Below, piece by piece: positions 49,338 through 60,790 of a stretch of DNA of 64,000 nt (position 1 is its first letter; the number at the start of each line of letters is the position of its first letter). The notes under the pieces were generated by a model. It did not search any database and was not told the origin of the DNA. It worked only from the letters and a program-made list of their open reading frames with translations. The DNA comes from Raillietiella orientalis. Lineage: Eukaryota. The stretch lies in assembly GCA_036172245.1 (NCBI GenBank), contig JAYWIR010000002.1:4464001-4528000 (forward strand), read 5' to 3'. The position numbers and the translations under genes are program-made.

Positions 49338-52162
49338 CTCTTACGAGTTGTCCGCTGTAGCGCTAGAGGGTGCAAGGTGAGGGGAACAAGTGAGGAGAAT
49401 TGGTTTTCCGATTCGCTGATAGATGGGTGACAGCATCTGTCAGAGAGGTCGCCACTCCCCGAGTCTGTAGGATCCGAAGTGCCACGAGAACGAAAGATCA
49501 ACGAATGACGCTGTTCCCTCACACTCTACTCCAGACATATCTACTGGAGAGGGGGGGGCACGGGTTAGCTGGTGACCAGCCGAGAGAGATCATGAGATCG
49601 CAGCCTCGGGCGGAGGATGAAACGAAGAGAACATACATCTGGATCTCCCCTCCGTCCCCTTCCGCTGACAGCGGAGATGGTGGAGAATTTCCTGGTCATT
49701 GGCCGCACCCTCCGGCACATTGTCAGTGAGCACGGGCATGAAACGTTTCTTTCTTAAGCTACAGTTTTGCACTCCTCTTCCGCCCTTTCCTGGACCAGTT
49801 ATTCTATTTTCTTAATCTGCAGCTCACCTTGAAAGCAAGTTAGGTCTGGCCTCGACTATATGAAAGTATGAGAAACTGCTCCCTATTTCTTCAAATTCAT
49901 GGCCAATCGTCGCTTTGTGCAAGCGTATTCTGCACAACCTTTGCAGATCGCACATCTGATTTTCAAGATTAAGAGGTGAACTCGTGGATCCACTTGCCAA
50001 CTGGTTGATCCCACTTGCTATCGGCTGCTCATCCATTCTTTAAATGGATGAGCAGCCATCCATTCTTTAAATCCACCCAGTTCTTTAAACGTCAACTTTA
50101 ATTTAAAAGATGACAAATCAAGCGAAAGCGAAGATCCCTGACTTTGGCCGCCTTTCCCTTCAACAGTCTATAGGCGGACGCTTTCCATGTTATGAACCGA
50201 GTAGGGACTGTGGGAGCGGTGAGCTCTTACTCCTTGCGGGTCACTCGGAAAAGATTCCCTTCTATTTTTTTTACTTTTTAAAGGAAAGGAGTCTCCAAGT
50301 CTGGTGACGCGTAGGCCGAAAAAGGGTGTTTAACATTACCTCGTCCTTCTTCGTACCTCGAAACAGCTTGGCGCTGGAAAACCCGTGGACAGAATGATGG
50401 CCCCTATTCTAACGCATCATGCTTCCGCCTCTGACTAAGGAATTCTGCGGATGGGGAAACGCCTAAACGCCGTGAAGTGTAACAGGGGATCCAGGTTCGG
50501 ATCTCAACTCAAAGAACGAGGGCAAACGTTTCCTGTGTTTTCAAACTCTCCGATGGGCACAAACACACATTCAAGGAAAGATATTGGGTGCTTTCTCACG
50601 GCAAGCTTGTATTCGGAAACTCACACATCAGTGAAGTAATCTCTTGTGGTTTGGTGGAAGCAAGCAGCACGTACCTAAGAAAAATCGCAGCGACCCACAA
50701 CAAATTATCTTTCTTTACATTTAGCTGCATCCGCAATTGCAAAGGTTGATTACAAATGCAAAGGTGGAATCAATCTGCAGGAATCGCGCGCCGGCCGATC
50801 ATTTGTATCACGCCAGGAACGCAAGAAGAAGAAGAAGAAGAAGAAAAAAGAAAAAAAGAAAAATACATAAATAAATAAACCGTGTCAACCCTCTTGCAGT
50901 GTAGCTGTTCCATCACCTTTGGCGCAGAACCACAAATGTGCTACGGGCAAAGCTGAGCTAATAGAGCAGTGTTGCCCCTGTGCCGTGATGAACTGCTCCT
51001 GCGTTGTTTCCTTCTGCTCGCGTGCATTGCACGGCATGGTGGTATAAAAGAAGCATTTGGCACCATCCAATTAAGCAGCATCCTCGCAGAATGATCGCCG
51101 TTGTGAGTGCGGACAAGAGTTTTTCCCATTTGCGTTCCCGGGGGAGGCTGTCGACCCGACCACAAAAAGTCGACTCCGTTCGTGAGTATGCAACGCATAG
51201 GTAAGCACACTGAAAATTTTCGGCATAGTTCGCATTCCGGTTTCCCATTCATCCGTTCGTTACTATGGTGTTGTTTGAGCAGAGTGTGGGATTTCTTGAA
51301 TACGTATACTCGCGCGTGTGTGTGTGTGTGTGTGCTAATGGCACCCTAGGCACGAAATGCACGCGAGTGAAAAGATGTGTGTGTCAGTGCGCTCTCATAT
51401 GAGGAACATATGAGCATATGCTCTTCACATGAGAATGTCGGCGCTATTTATTGCACGCGGTGCATCAAAGTTATTTAAACGTGAATTCGAGCACACTTGT
51501 GTTTCATCCGGTTGCACTGGTCTCACGAAACCACAAATGGAACGAATATCGCTCGGAAAAATAGAGAGGGTACCCAAATTGATCCAAGATGCCAGAGCTG
51601 CCAGATTTTATTCTTTGAATCACATGTTCCTTCTTCAGCAGCACGCTTCCCCCCTCCCCCTCCCTTTTTTTTTTTTTTTTAGTAGAGTTAATAAGCAACG
51701 ATTTCATTTTCCTGTCATTTAGGAATTCTTTTTCGTTTACCTTACGGTCTAATGTTTCATGCAAAGTTCAGTGCAGGTGATTCACAGTTGCGGCCTCTGG
51801 TGATTTCGTTTGTGTGACGAGTCGTGAAGTCGTTTGTGTATGAAATCCGAAAAGCGCTCGTTTTCCTACGTGTTGAGACCTCTTTTTTTTTTTTTTTTTT
51901 TTTTTTACTATGCTGTCAAAATGTGAGCGGAGGAAAACAAACGGTTTTCTGTCCCCTCCCCCTCCCCCTCCCCTCATCAGGCGTGTTCAGTGTCCATTTG
52001 GATGCAATCACGGACGACCATTCTCGCCCCTATTTGCGTATCCCGCACACGAGAGCGCGTCGAATGAGAAAATGCCTCGTCTCCAAGGGCAACACGCGAC
52101 GCAACACGGCTCCGGCCTAACCGAGAACCGCAATTCGGCGCTCTCATTGTTGTCCTTCTTGC

Positions 52163-52196
52163 TATAAAAAGGGGGAGCGTTGTCACCGCCCAGTCG
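52163..52196 (+). promoter_or_regulatory. Candidate TATA + initiator core promoter
   Basis: TATAAAAAG at 52163, with an Inr-like CCAGTC whose A lies 29 nt downstream, in CpG-rich DNA. Confidence 0.35.
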
Positions 52197-54729
52197 CATT
52201 CGCGCGTCATCGCCTGCCCGCGCGAAGGTGGAGCCCGCCGTCCTTCGATTGTTCTCGAATGTGAATCATCACCGCACGAAGTCGGTTCGATTCCCGGCGC
52301 ATAAGCGACAGCAACGCCTCGACCTGCTTAATCTCCAGTTAATCGAATTCCGCTTTGGCCGTTTGTGTGATTCTCGAATTCTTTTTCCCTGTGGCCCTGA
52401 CCGTAACTTTCGTCCTTCGTTTGCTTCCTCTTCCAAGTAACTCTGTAATATAAATAGCGTATACATACCCAAGCTATTGCAGGTGTCATGTCGATGTTTC
52501 ACCGTGATGAATATGCGACCAATCCAATGACTGGATGGAGTGTTACATACGTTACGTAATGATCATATCTTGACAGGATGCCTGACATTTTATGTTAGAA
52601 GTGTTTCCCACAAAAGTCATGGAATTTGTTCTAAATGTTCCAAACTCTTAAGCCACTGTCAACTTGGAAGAAACACGACTGATTCTCAACTGACTCATGA
52701 GGATCTGAAATCTTCAGCCTATTTGCCCGATTCATTATGTTCAATTGCATCAATGATTTGCACGCACACACACACACACACAAATAAGACACACTTGTCT
52801 TCACTTGTCACATACAGGCTGATCATCCAAGGCATCATTATAATGGTTGATGATGATAATGCCACCATCACAGTGCTCTCTTACTCTGTTCTCTTATCAG
52901 TACGAACTGCGGGAATGAGGGAATCGAGGCATGTCCACGGAAAGGGGGAACAGATGGAGTAACCTCTTTCCAGGGAACGCGAAGCTTCGTGTTGTGTCGC
53001 GGTTGTTTACGAAAGCCTTGAATCCCAAGTGCTTAATTGCGTGGACAAAGAACTGCGAAGGGGATCTTGTCGCTTTTCTTTGGTGAACCACTGAACTGGA
53101 AACACCCATGAATGCCTTGGAACAGCTTTGTTCTTTGTCCATTTCTATCAGGAGTCAGGTCTTTTCACGTGAGGTGTTTCAAGAGAATGCACTTTTCGAA
53201 AACACGGCAACCATCACGAAAGTGCTTCTCCCCGCTGTCTGGGTGCGTCAGAATTTCAAGGTTCGCCAATTGCTTTTACCTTCTGTGCGCACTAGATACA
53301 TCTTCGGGTTAGCACTTGACCAACTCCGTTCTTCCTGCCAAACTCCGCTTCAAGGGAAGTGACTCGTACGAAAACAGTCTGCCTCTGCATTTTGCACGAA
53401 TTTCGTCTCCTCGACCCCTAAGCCAATGGATTTCCGTCTTCTTAGCTGAGGATGTTTCAGAAACTCTTCCTTCTTTAAGCTTCTCTCATCTTACTGATGG
53501 TCGTTTTCTTTTTGCTTTCCCTTTCCATTGAGAGTCGGAAGCCAGAGAGGAGAAAATGTTCGTGTCCTCAACAGGCTGAAGGCGTTTCTTCAAATCCTAA
53601 GTTTTGTATGTCCACTCTTGATCGTTTGTGGGAGAAAAAAATTCAGCAGGACAAGTCGACTCTACACATGGCATGTTATCTAGAAACATTCGTGTTGATA
53701 ATTTCGAAAAAAAAAAAAAAAAAAAAAAACAAGCGGCTTTTTCGAAACCCAATCAAATTTCTTCTAATTTTCGACGATATGGTTTTGTTTAAACTCCGCT
53801 TCTCTTCCGTCTGGCGCACAATGCGATTGCATCAAAGGTGCTAAAATCGAATTGCTCGCAGCTGCGTGCAGCTCAGAGGCCAAGCCGTTTCCAAATTTTT
53901 TAACAAAAAAATCGGACACCCCAGACGAAATGAGCTGAGGTTCGATGCGAGATTCAGAACGGCGCTAGGGATCGCAAACCTTGAAAGAAGGAAGGGAGGT
54001 AGAAAGTGGCTTCCCGGATCATATGAGCGTTTCTTCCAGCATGGGTCGCATCTTCCGATCATAAGACTGGACAAAAGTGCGTGTTTCTGACATCTGCAGG
54101 TCCCGTCTTGCACTGCTCGCAAGCTCTTGGACGGGAAGAAACAGATGCTTTCGTCTGCTTGCAAAGGGCTTCGGTTCGCGTGCTATGCCTATCCTGGCGT
54201 TCTGGTTGGCGTCCTTCAGATTTTTTGCCTTCCCTTGGACCCGAAAGGCTTCAAAAGCTTCTTCACGAGTCCATCCTCTCGTTGTTACTCAGCAGCCACA
54301 CTTGATCGTTCCTGATGCTCCGTTTTCATCCTGCGTCAGCTCTACATCTGCTGTGATCTGGCGACTAATTCAAAGAGCGGTGACCACCTGCCCGTCAGAA
54401 GAACATTGCAACGGTGTTCCCACAGCTTCTGGAAATTCAGAAACCGCCATCCACCTGGCGCTTCGATCGCTCCTTCAAAGTTGTCCGACGGAGAATTCTT
54501 TTTGAAAGCTTTCGCGTTGCAATGCGACGCACTGCACTGCTGCAACCGAAGCGACAGCTTGCTGGCGATCTTGGTGGTCGCAAAGGGACCGAACGAGACA
54601 AAAACCCGGGGTATGAAATCGACTTCTAGTTCGCGGTTTTGAGAAAGTCTTCATGAGGCTTCAGCGTCCACAAGTCGCACCGAAGAGTTAAGGAGAGAAA
54701 GCGTTCGTTTAACACCACCTCGGTCGTGA

Positions 54730-54850
54730 TGGGAACGAACTCGCGTGGCTTCCATGGGAGGCTGGTCTAGCCACTTTCTGTTGCCGTTTGGTATCCACTT
54801 TGGCTGTTTTCTGGATGTTCTTAAGAGTCTAGTTGGCATTGGGGTCATCG
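54730..54850 (-). mobile_element. Possible RTE-type LINE C-terminal remnant
   Basis: RTSRKQPKWIPNGNRKW resembles the RTE WxPxGxR motif. Confidence 0.3.
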
Positions 54851-57800
54851 GATTCAATTCCTAAAAGAGTTCCAGATACCCTTGCTCATCCTTTCCTTCC
54901 CCAGAAATTTTTCCTGGCTCGTTCGTGATGCTGTTTTCTCCTTTCGTGGGATTTCTTTTTCCTTTTTCAATTTCGGGTATTCGTTTGGCAGCTCTGTTGT
55001 CCATTGTCCCCGGTCCTCTCTTCCTGGTGCTCCCATTTCTTTCCGAGTGTAGTCGCCTGCCTCGTTAGCCACGAGATCCCATCATCGAGAGGATTTTCCC
55101 GTCGGAACTCTTTTCTCAGTCCAAACTGTGGAAACGCGACAAAACGCGAAGACGGCGTCCCTCGCCATCTTCGACGCGAGATCTTCCTGCGGCTCGTTGT
55201 CACGGTAAATAACCTGGACGAAAGCGGGGGAAAGCAGAAAGGGAAAGGAAAGAGGAAGATTTTTCTGCTCAGATTATCACCCTCTGCTTCCGGCTCTGCT
55301 GCGGGGAGTACCGACCGATCGTAATCTGGATTCGCTCGTCGGCGCTCCTCCGGCCCGATGGCTTCCCGCATTCCTCGGGAGCGAACATCCACGGTAACGG
55401 CCGTGCTGCCGCGAACAGTCCGTTCCTCTCTCGTCCCAGGAAATGCAACCGGGCTCGCCTTGCAACTTCGCCCCTTCCCGCTTCTCCATCAAAGACATCC
55501 CTTAGAATAGAGCGTGGTGTCTTCTGGAGAGCGGCGCTGCTCTTCCTCGAGCAGCCGCGAGCTTGACCGCGAACGTGCAGCCCTTCGAGCTTGCCCTTTC
55601 GGCTCGCGGTGGCGAGCCTGGCGTGCACCCTCCGTGCGCAGCTGCGAGGGTTGACCGAGAGTGCTGGCTGACTGAGCGTCACCTGTTGCCCCCAGCTCAT
55701 CTCTCCGTTTCTAGAGGAATGTCCAGGAGCACGCGAACCTGACCCCTGTAAGCAAGGTTGCTACTTTCCGCATTGCTTGCGAGCGCTGCTCGTGAGCCGG
55801 GGACCACCGTCTGTTATCAACACTCGAGCTCTGCCAGCTGACCAACTCGTCGTCTTCTTTCCCGGTGGATTGGCAGTGCCTCTCCCTGGCATTCTTTCTC
55901 CATGGTCCACTAATCTGGTGCAGTGCGGAAAAAACGTAGGGACTGGGGACCGCGATCTACGGCTTTGGAGTGGGCGGGCAGGTCCCTGACGCGCAGCCAC
56001 CACGCACGGTAGCGGGAGTAGGGAAGCAACAGGTTCTCCGAGGGCGACAACCCCTTCGTGGAGGGAGGAGGCGCCGCGGTCGCTCGTGCTTTCTTGGGCT
56101 CTTCCGACGGAAGGAGGCGGGGTGCCTCCCTTTATGAGGAAGCTCCTGCAAGCGACTCTTCACTCACATGGCGCTGTTCCAGAGTGTATTGCCTGCGCAC
56201 GCCCACTGGGGACGCTCCGTTCTGTCGAGGGCAAAGGAATGAGTGCCCACCTGACCGCCCCGTGTTGCCCGTTGGATGAAGGGGGGGGGGAGGAGGAGGG
56301 CTAGTTTGCATTCCACTCTCGATAAGCGTTTGCACATCCAACGCTCCCCCAGTTTCCCTCCATACCTCTCTTATCCTTCCGTATCCCTCCTCCTCCTCTC
56401 ACGAGCGGTCGTCGGCACTGGCTACCGCGGACACCAAACGCACGTGCCACGTGGGGCATCTCGGCCGGTTTCACAGCGAAGAGCCTGTTGGAGGACGGCG
56501 ATCAGGTGGAGCAGCAGCATCTTCTCGGCTGCAGCGCTTTGACTTCTCGGTCGTATCCGGTCGAGCCGGGTACGTTTATTTAAGAATAAAGAAGCTACAA
56601 ATCAAAGGGGACGGCGTCCCCTAAATACAGGAAAACAAGAAGAAAAAGAAGTTCACTGGGGCATGACCATCAGCACGCAGGCCTGCCTTTAGGGACGTTT
56701 GGAACGTGAGGGAGGGAACAATGGATAAGTAAACAAGAAGAAAGACAGGAGGGCGGAGACAGGGGTCTTCGGTACAGTACGTTCCTTTGTTCCCGAAACC
56801 GGCTCTTCATAGAGGCTTGGCTTCTTCGTGGGCTCCCCGCTTCGAGCGTTTGCTTCCGACGCGATCTCTCCCAGCTTCCGTACCGCGCGACGTGCGTTCC
56901 CGGTATCTCCGAGGAATACGCTCCGTTCCATCTTCCCCTCGCGCTGGCAGAGCTCCCAGGGTCAAGGTGAGCGTCTCACAGTTCCCAGTTCACAGGTTGG
57001 TTTCAAGAGCAGCGGTTGCCGCGAGACAACTCCTCTGCTGCCTCGTGGAAGGGAACTCCACTCTTCGTGCTCCGGTTTCGCGAGTGACCCCCGTTTTGTT
57101 CGAGATGCAGCGTACCCGGGATGACCTTCCGGAGAAGTCGCGTGAGAAAGGCAGAGGTGTCCAGCCCCTTTCTGTTGGCCCTTTAAAATCCCCGTTCCGA
57201 TAAGCCCTCCATCTTTGCGGAAATCATTTACAAAGACCAGCGGACTTGTTCAAGAGACTCGTAAGGGAGGTCTTTCGCGTGTGCTGATCTCGGAAAGTTC
57301 GCTGCAGCCCTGAGGGAAGGTTCCGGCCGGTCTGCTCTGCAGGTGGCAGAGATCTACTTCCGAACGCGGAAGAGAGGCTTCCGTATTTACCAAAGTGTGC
57401 ATCCGCCGCGAAGGGAGCCCACCAATAAGCAAGCCGTGCGTGGATGGAATGCCAGTTGAAGCACGGCCGTGTCGGAACCGCGGAAGAGGAAGGAGCAGGA
57501 GATTGACGGAAGGAGTTGCTGCGGCTGCATTTTGACCACGGGTCGATCGGGTCTGTCAGTCGGGGACGCAGCACTCGAGGGATTCCGTGAAAGCTCAAGA
57601 ACGGGAAATCACGGATACCGCCGCCCCAGGTGGCCGCCATTGATTCGGACGCGAGCGTTGGTAGCATGGTCAAGCAGCGGGGAAAGAGGGGGGGGGAGAG
57701 GGGAGTTTTGACGGAAGGATCGAACCGAAAAATAAGCAGGAACGAGGTCTTGCACATCTAAGACGCGGGCCGCCGGGGAGTGCGCAGGCGCGGTGGGCGT

Positions 57801-59286
57801 GGCTCGGATCTTTGCGAGCGATGCGGCGAGTTGCACAAGGGAGCGACGGAAGTTTCGAAGAGCAATCCCCCCCCCCCTCGCAGTTGGAAAAGCTCGGTAG
57901 CAGGAACGCGGCATGTGGTTGTTCTGCTGGTGGCGTATCTGCTGGTCAAGGCCATCAAGAGATTTGGAAAGATTAGAGGAACTGTTAGAGGAACGTCAGG
58001 AAGTCGAGGTTCTCAGCTGTTGTTGAAAAAGACGTTGCTGCTTGTGTTAAAAGAAAAGAAAAGAAAAAAAAAATAAGTCTCACTGAAAAGCGAGGCGGAT
58101 GTTTCAAGATTTGCCCCAGGGGTGTTAGAAAACTGCTAAAGCGTGCAAGGCTCCACTTGAAGGATCCATCCCGCTTGCCTGAAGCAGCCGCTCGAGTTGC
58201 AGAAAATGTTTTTGAAATCTGAGAGGGAGAGGAGGACATGATATTTTTTTTTGAAATGTTCCGCTGACAAACCACCACCTTGGCTGAGCGGCCGCAATAC
58301 GTCACGTCGCTCGGCGCAAAAGAAACTCGTCTTCTAGAGGATCACCTCGGTGTACTGAAAGAGGGAACAAAGAGCGACGAAGTCCTTACCTCCTGGCGTC
58401 TCTCGCACCGCCCTGTTCAGCGGATCCTGTTCCTTCTTTCTTTCCTCCGCTCTGGCCGTAGGTCCACTACTCCGCTTTTCCTTCGCCCCCAGAGAGTTCC
58501 TTCTGCATCTCGGAAGGGTCTCTCGGGTGCTCCATTTCCATCGACCTGCACCCTTCACCCTTCCTCATCACCTGCAAAGACTGCCTTGACCCCCCTCCTC
58601 CCCCCTAATTTCGCTTCCTCGGCGACCTCATTCACATTCCCTGCTTGTTTCCGTCTCGGCAGCGTTTCGAGCGCCCGTCGTCTGGCAACCAAGACTCGAA
58701 GCTCTCTCTCTCTCGCGCGCGCTCTCTCGCCTAATCAGTTTTGCACAGCGCGCAGCATGACTGGCGGTCCCCGGAGGTACAGCCAATATTGGCAGCCGGC
58801 TTGTTGGTTTATCTCTGGGGTGTTCCTCGCGTCCCGCAGACTCCGCAAACACCTCTTTTAATTACTTCGATGCAGCCCGTCCTTTGAGCCGCTCCAGCGA
58901 TCGAAGCGTCCCAATTGCCCTCACGTGGTTGAGTCCTCCCCACAGCGGTTGCGGTGCGGTTTCTCGACGGTGGTGGATGTCCTTTCGTGGCGCATGCGTC
59001 GCGAGAGCGCGCCTGGAGAACGCCGGTCCCCGTATCCCAGGGAGACTGTCGAAGCGCGCGATACGGCACGGCGTTTCTTTTCCTTCCCCTCCTCCCCCCT
59101 CCCTCCTGCACAGATCATCGGTGGAAACACCCACGTGTAAAAAAGATGATCATAAAAAAGGGGAGGGCAAGGAAATTCGATTCAATGAAATTTTGGTGCG
59201 TTTGACATCTGCTAGAGGATGGAGATTGCGAGTGAGGATCCGTGGCACGTGTGCCACGATCAGTGACGATCAAAGCCCCGAACGAT

Positions 59287-59820
59287 CATAAAAAATAAAC
59301 ACGTAGGCTCATGCTACGTAGATTAATATTCAGGTTTATTTTAGCATGCACAGTTATTCATATTTATTAACATGCATATTATTAACATGCATATTATTAA
59401 CATAATATTATTGTAGCAAATGTGTTGATTAATATTCAGTGATATTCATTTTTTTAATAAACGCAATAAGTTGTTGATTATAACGCCGATATATATATAC
59501 ATATATATATTAAGGATCATAAAAAATATATGTGCTTATTATACACTTCGATATCTATAGCTAACATAAATATTCATAAATAAATACAAATATGTACACG
59601 CAAATATTAAAATCTCTATGAACATATATGTCAATACATGTAATAAGCATATACATATATGCTTATGCTTATTTTTCATTATATATATATATCGATAATA
59701 TAATCAACTGCGTATTAATTTTATTAATGAAATGTATGCCAACAAATATGAATAGCCATGCATACTAATTTAAATTTGTATATGAATCCACGCGGAAGAA
59801 GCCTATATGTTCATTTTTCA
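59287..59820. repeat. AT-rich low-complexity island with a 15-bp tandem repeat (x3) and TA runs
   Basis: tattaacatgcatat repeats at 59365-59412; abrupt composition shift from the GC-rich flanks. Confidence 0.75.
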
Positions 59821-60684
59821 TGATGGTTCGGGATTTTAAACCAGACCGGTGCCATGGTTACCGACGCGAGTCAGCGTGCTTCACAGCAAGAGGCAACTGC
59901 GTCGAGAAAACTTTTCCAAGGCCAGATGGGAGGGCAGAAGGAGGAGACATTAGGTGCTTCATGGGCACTCGGAGGCTGGGCGGAGCATCTCACCGTCGCG
60001 GCGGAGACGAGGACGGGAAACCCCGCGGTCGAAACGCGCAGCAAGTGGCGGGCTGCAACGGAAACATCCTTGCGCACCTCCTCGCTGGAGCGAAGAAGTG
60101 CGCAAGGGACTTGGGATCGCTCCCGGTCTCTTCCACAGGCAGCATGGACCCATTTTCGCCCCGCGTCTGGGCAGGGAAAGGGGGTCGGACTCGAAGAACC
60201 ACGGAAGGGGTTCTTGGTCAACCTGTCCCCTCCCGTGCGAATCGTGCTAGCCTCTCTCTCCGGGGCCGAACGTGGAACTCGGGGGAGAGTTCGGTTCACC
60301 CTCCCCCACTCTCCCCACGTCTCTTTACTTGAGGTTCTCTGTTTTCCTCCGCCCCCTCCAGATGGCCGCCGCCCTCCGGCGAACGTCCCGCCTGAAGCGG
60401 GCGCGTTCGTGCCAGCGACTCTTTTCCTTCGAGCCTCCTTGAGCACGTCCTGCTGCTGGGGCTGGCTAGTGCAGAAGGTTGCCCCCGGGGTGGGGGCTCT
60501 CCCTCTATCGGCCCTCGTGCCAACGGCCACCCCCCTTCTCTCTCTTTCTCTGCGCCTACTCCGTTCGTCGCGCGTCCCCGTCCTCCGACGCAGCGCTCTT
60601 TCGGCCCCTCCTGGAGCTTTTTCACCGCGGAGCGGGCCTTTCGGCTTCCAGACTCCACTTCCCGTTCTCCCCTTTTTCTTGCAG

Positions 60685-60790
60685 CTTCCAACTCGTCATC
60701 GCCGGGTGCGGATCGGGAGGAGCGAGTCTGGCCGCGGCGTTCAGCAGGATGCTCCCTGCGGACAGCATCGCCGTCGTCGAGCCCTCCGAG
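60685..60790 (+). CDS. SQOR: Exon of a second SQOR paralog (FAD-binding Rossmann exon)
   Basis: ttcttgcag|C-FQLVIAGCGSGGASLAAAFSRMLPADSIAVVEPSE|gtaagc. Same 106-nt length and splice phases as 43636-43531. Later exons not found in the window. Confidence 0.85.

Noticed and set aside
52281-52298. GGTTCGATTCC B-box, possible tRNA or SINE
   Set aside because: No cloverleaf or properly spaced A-box.
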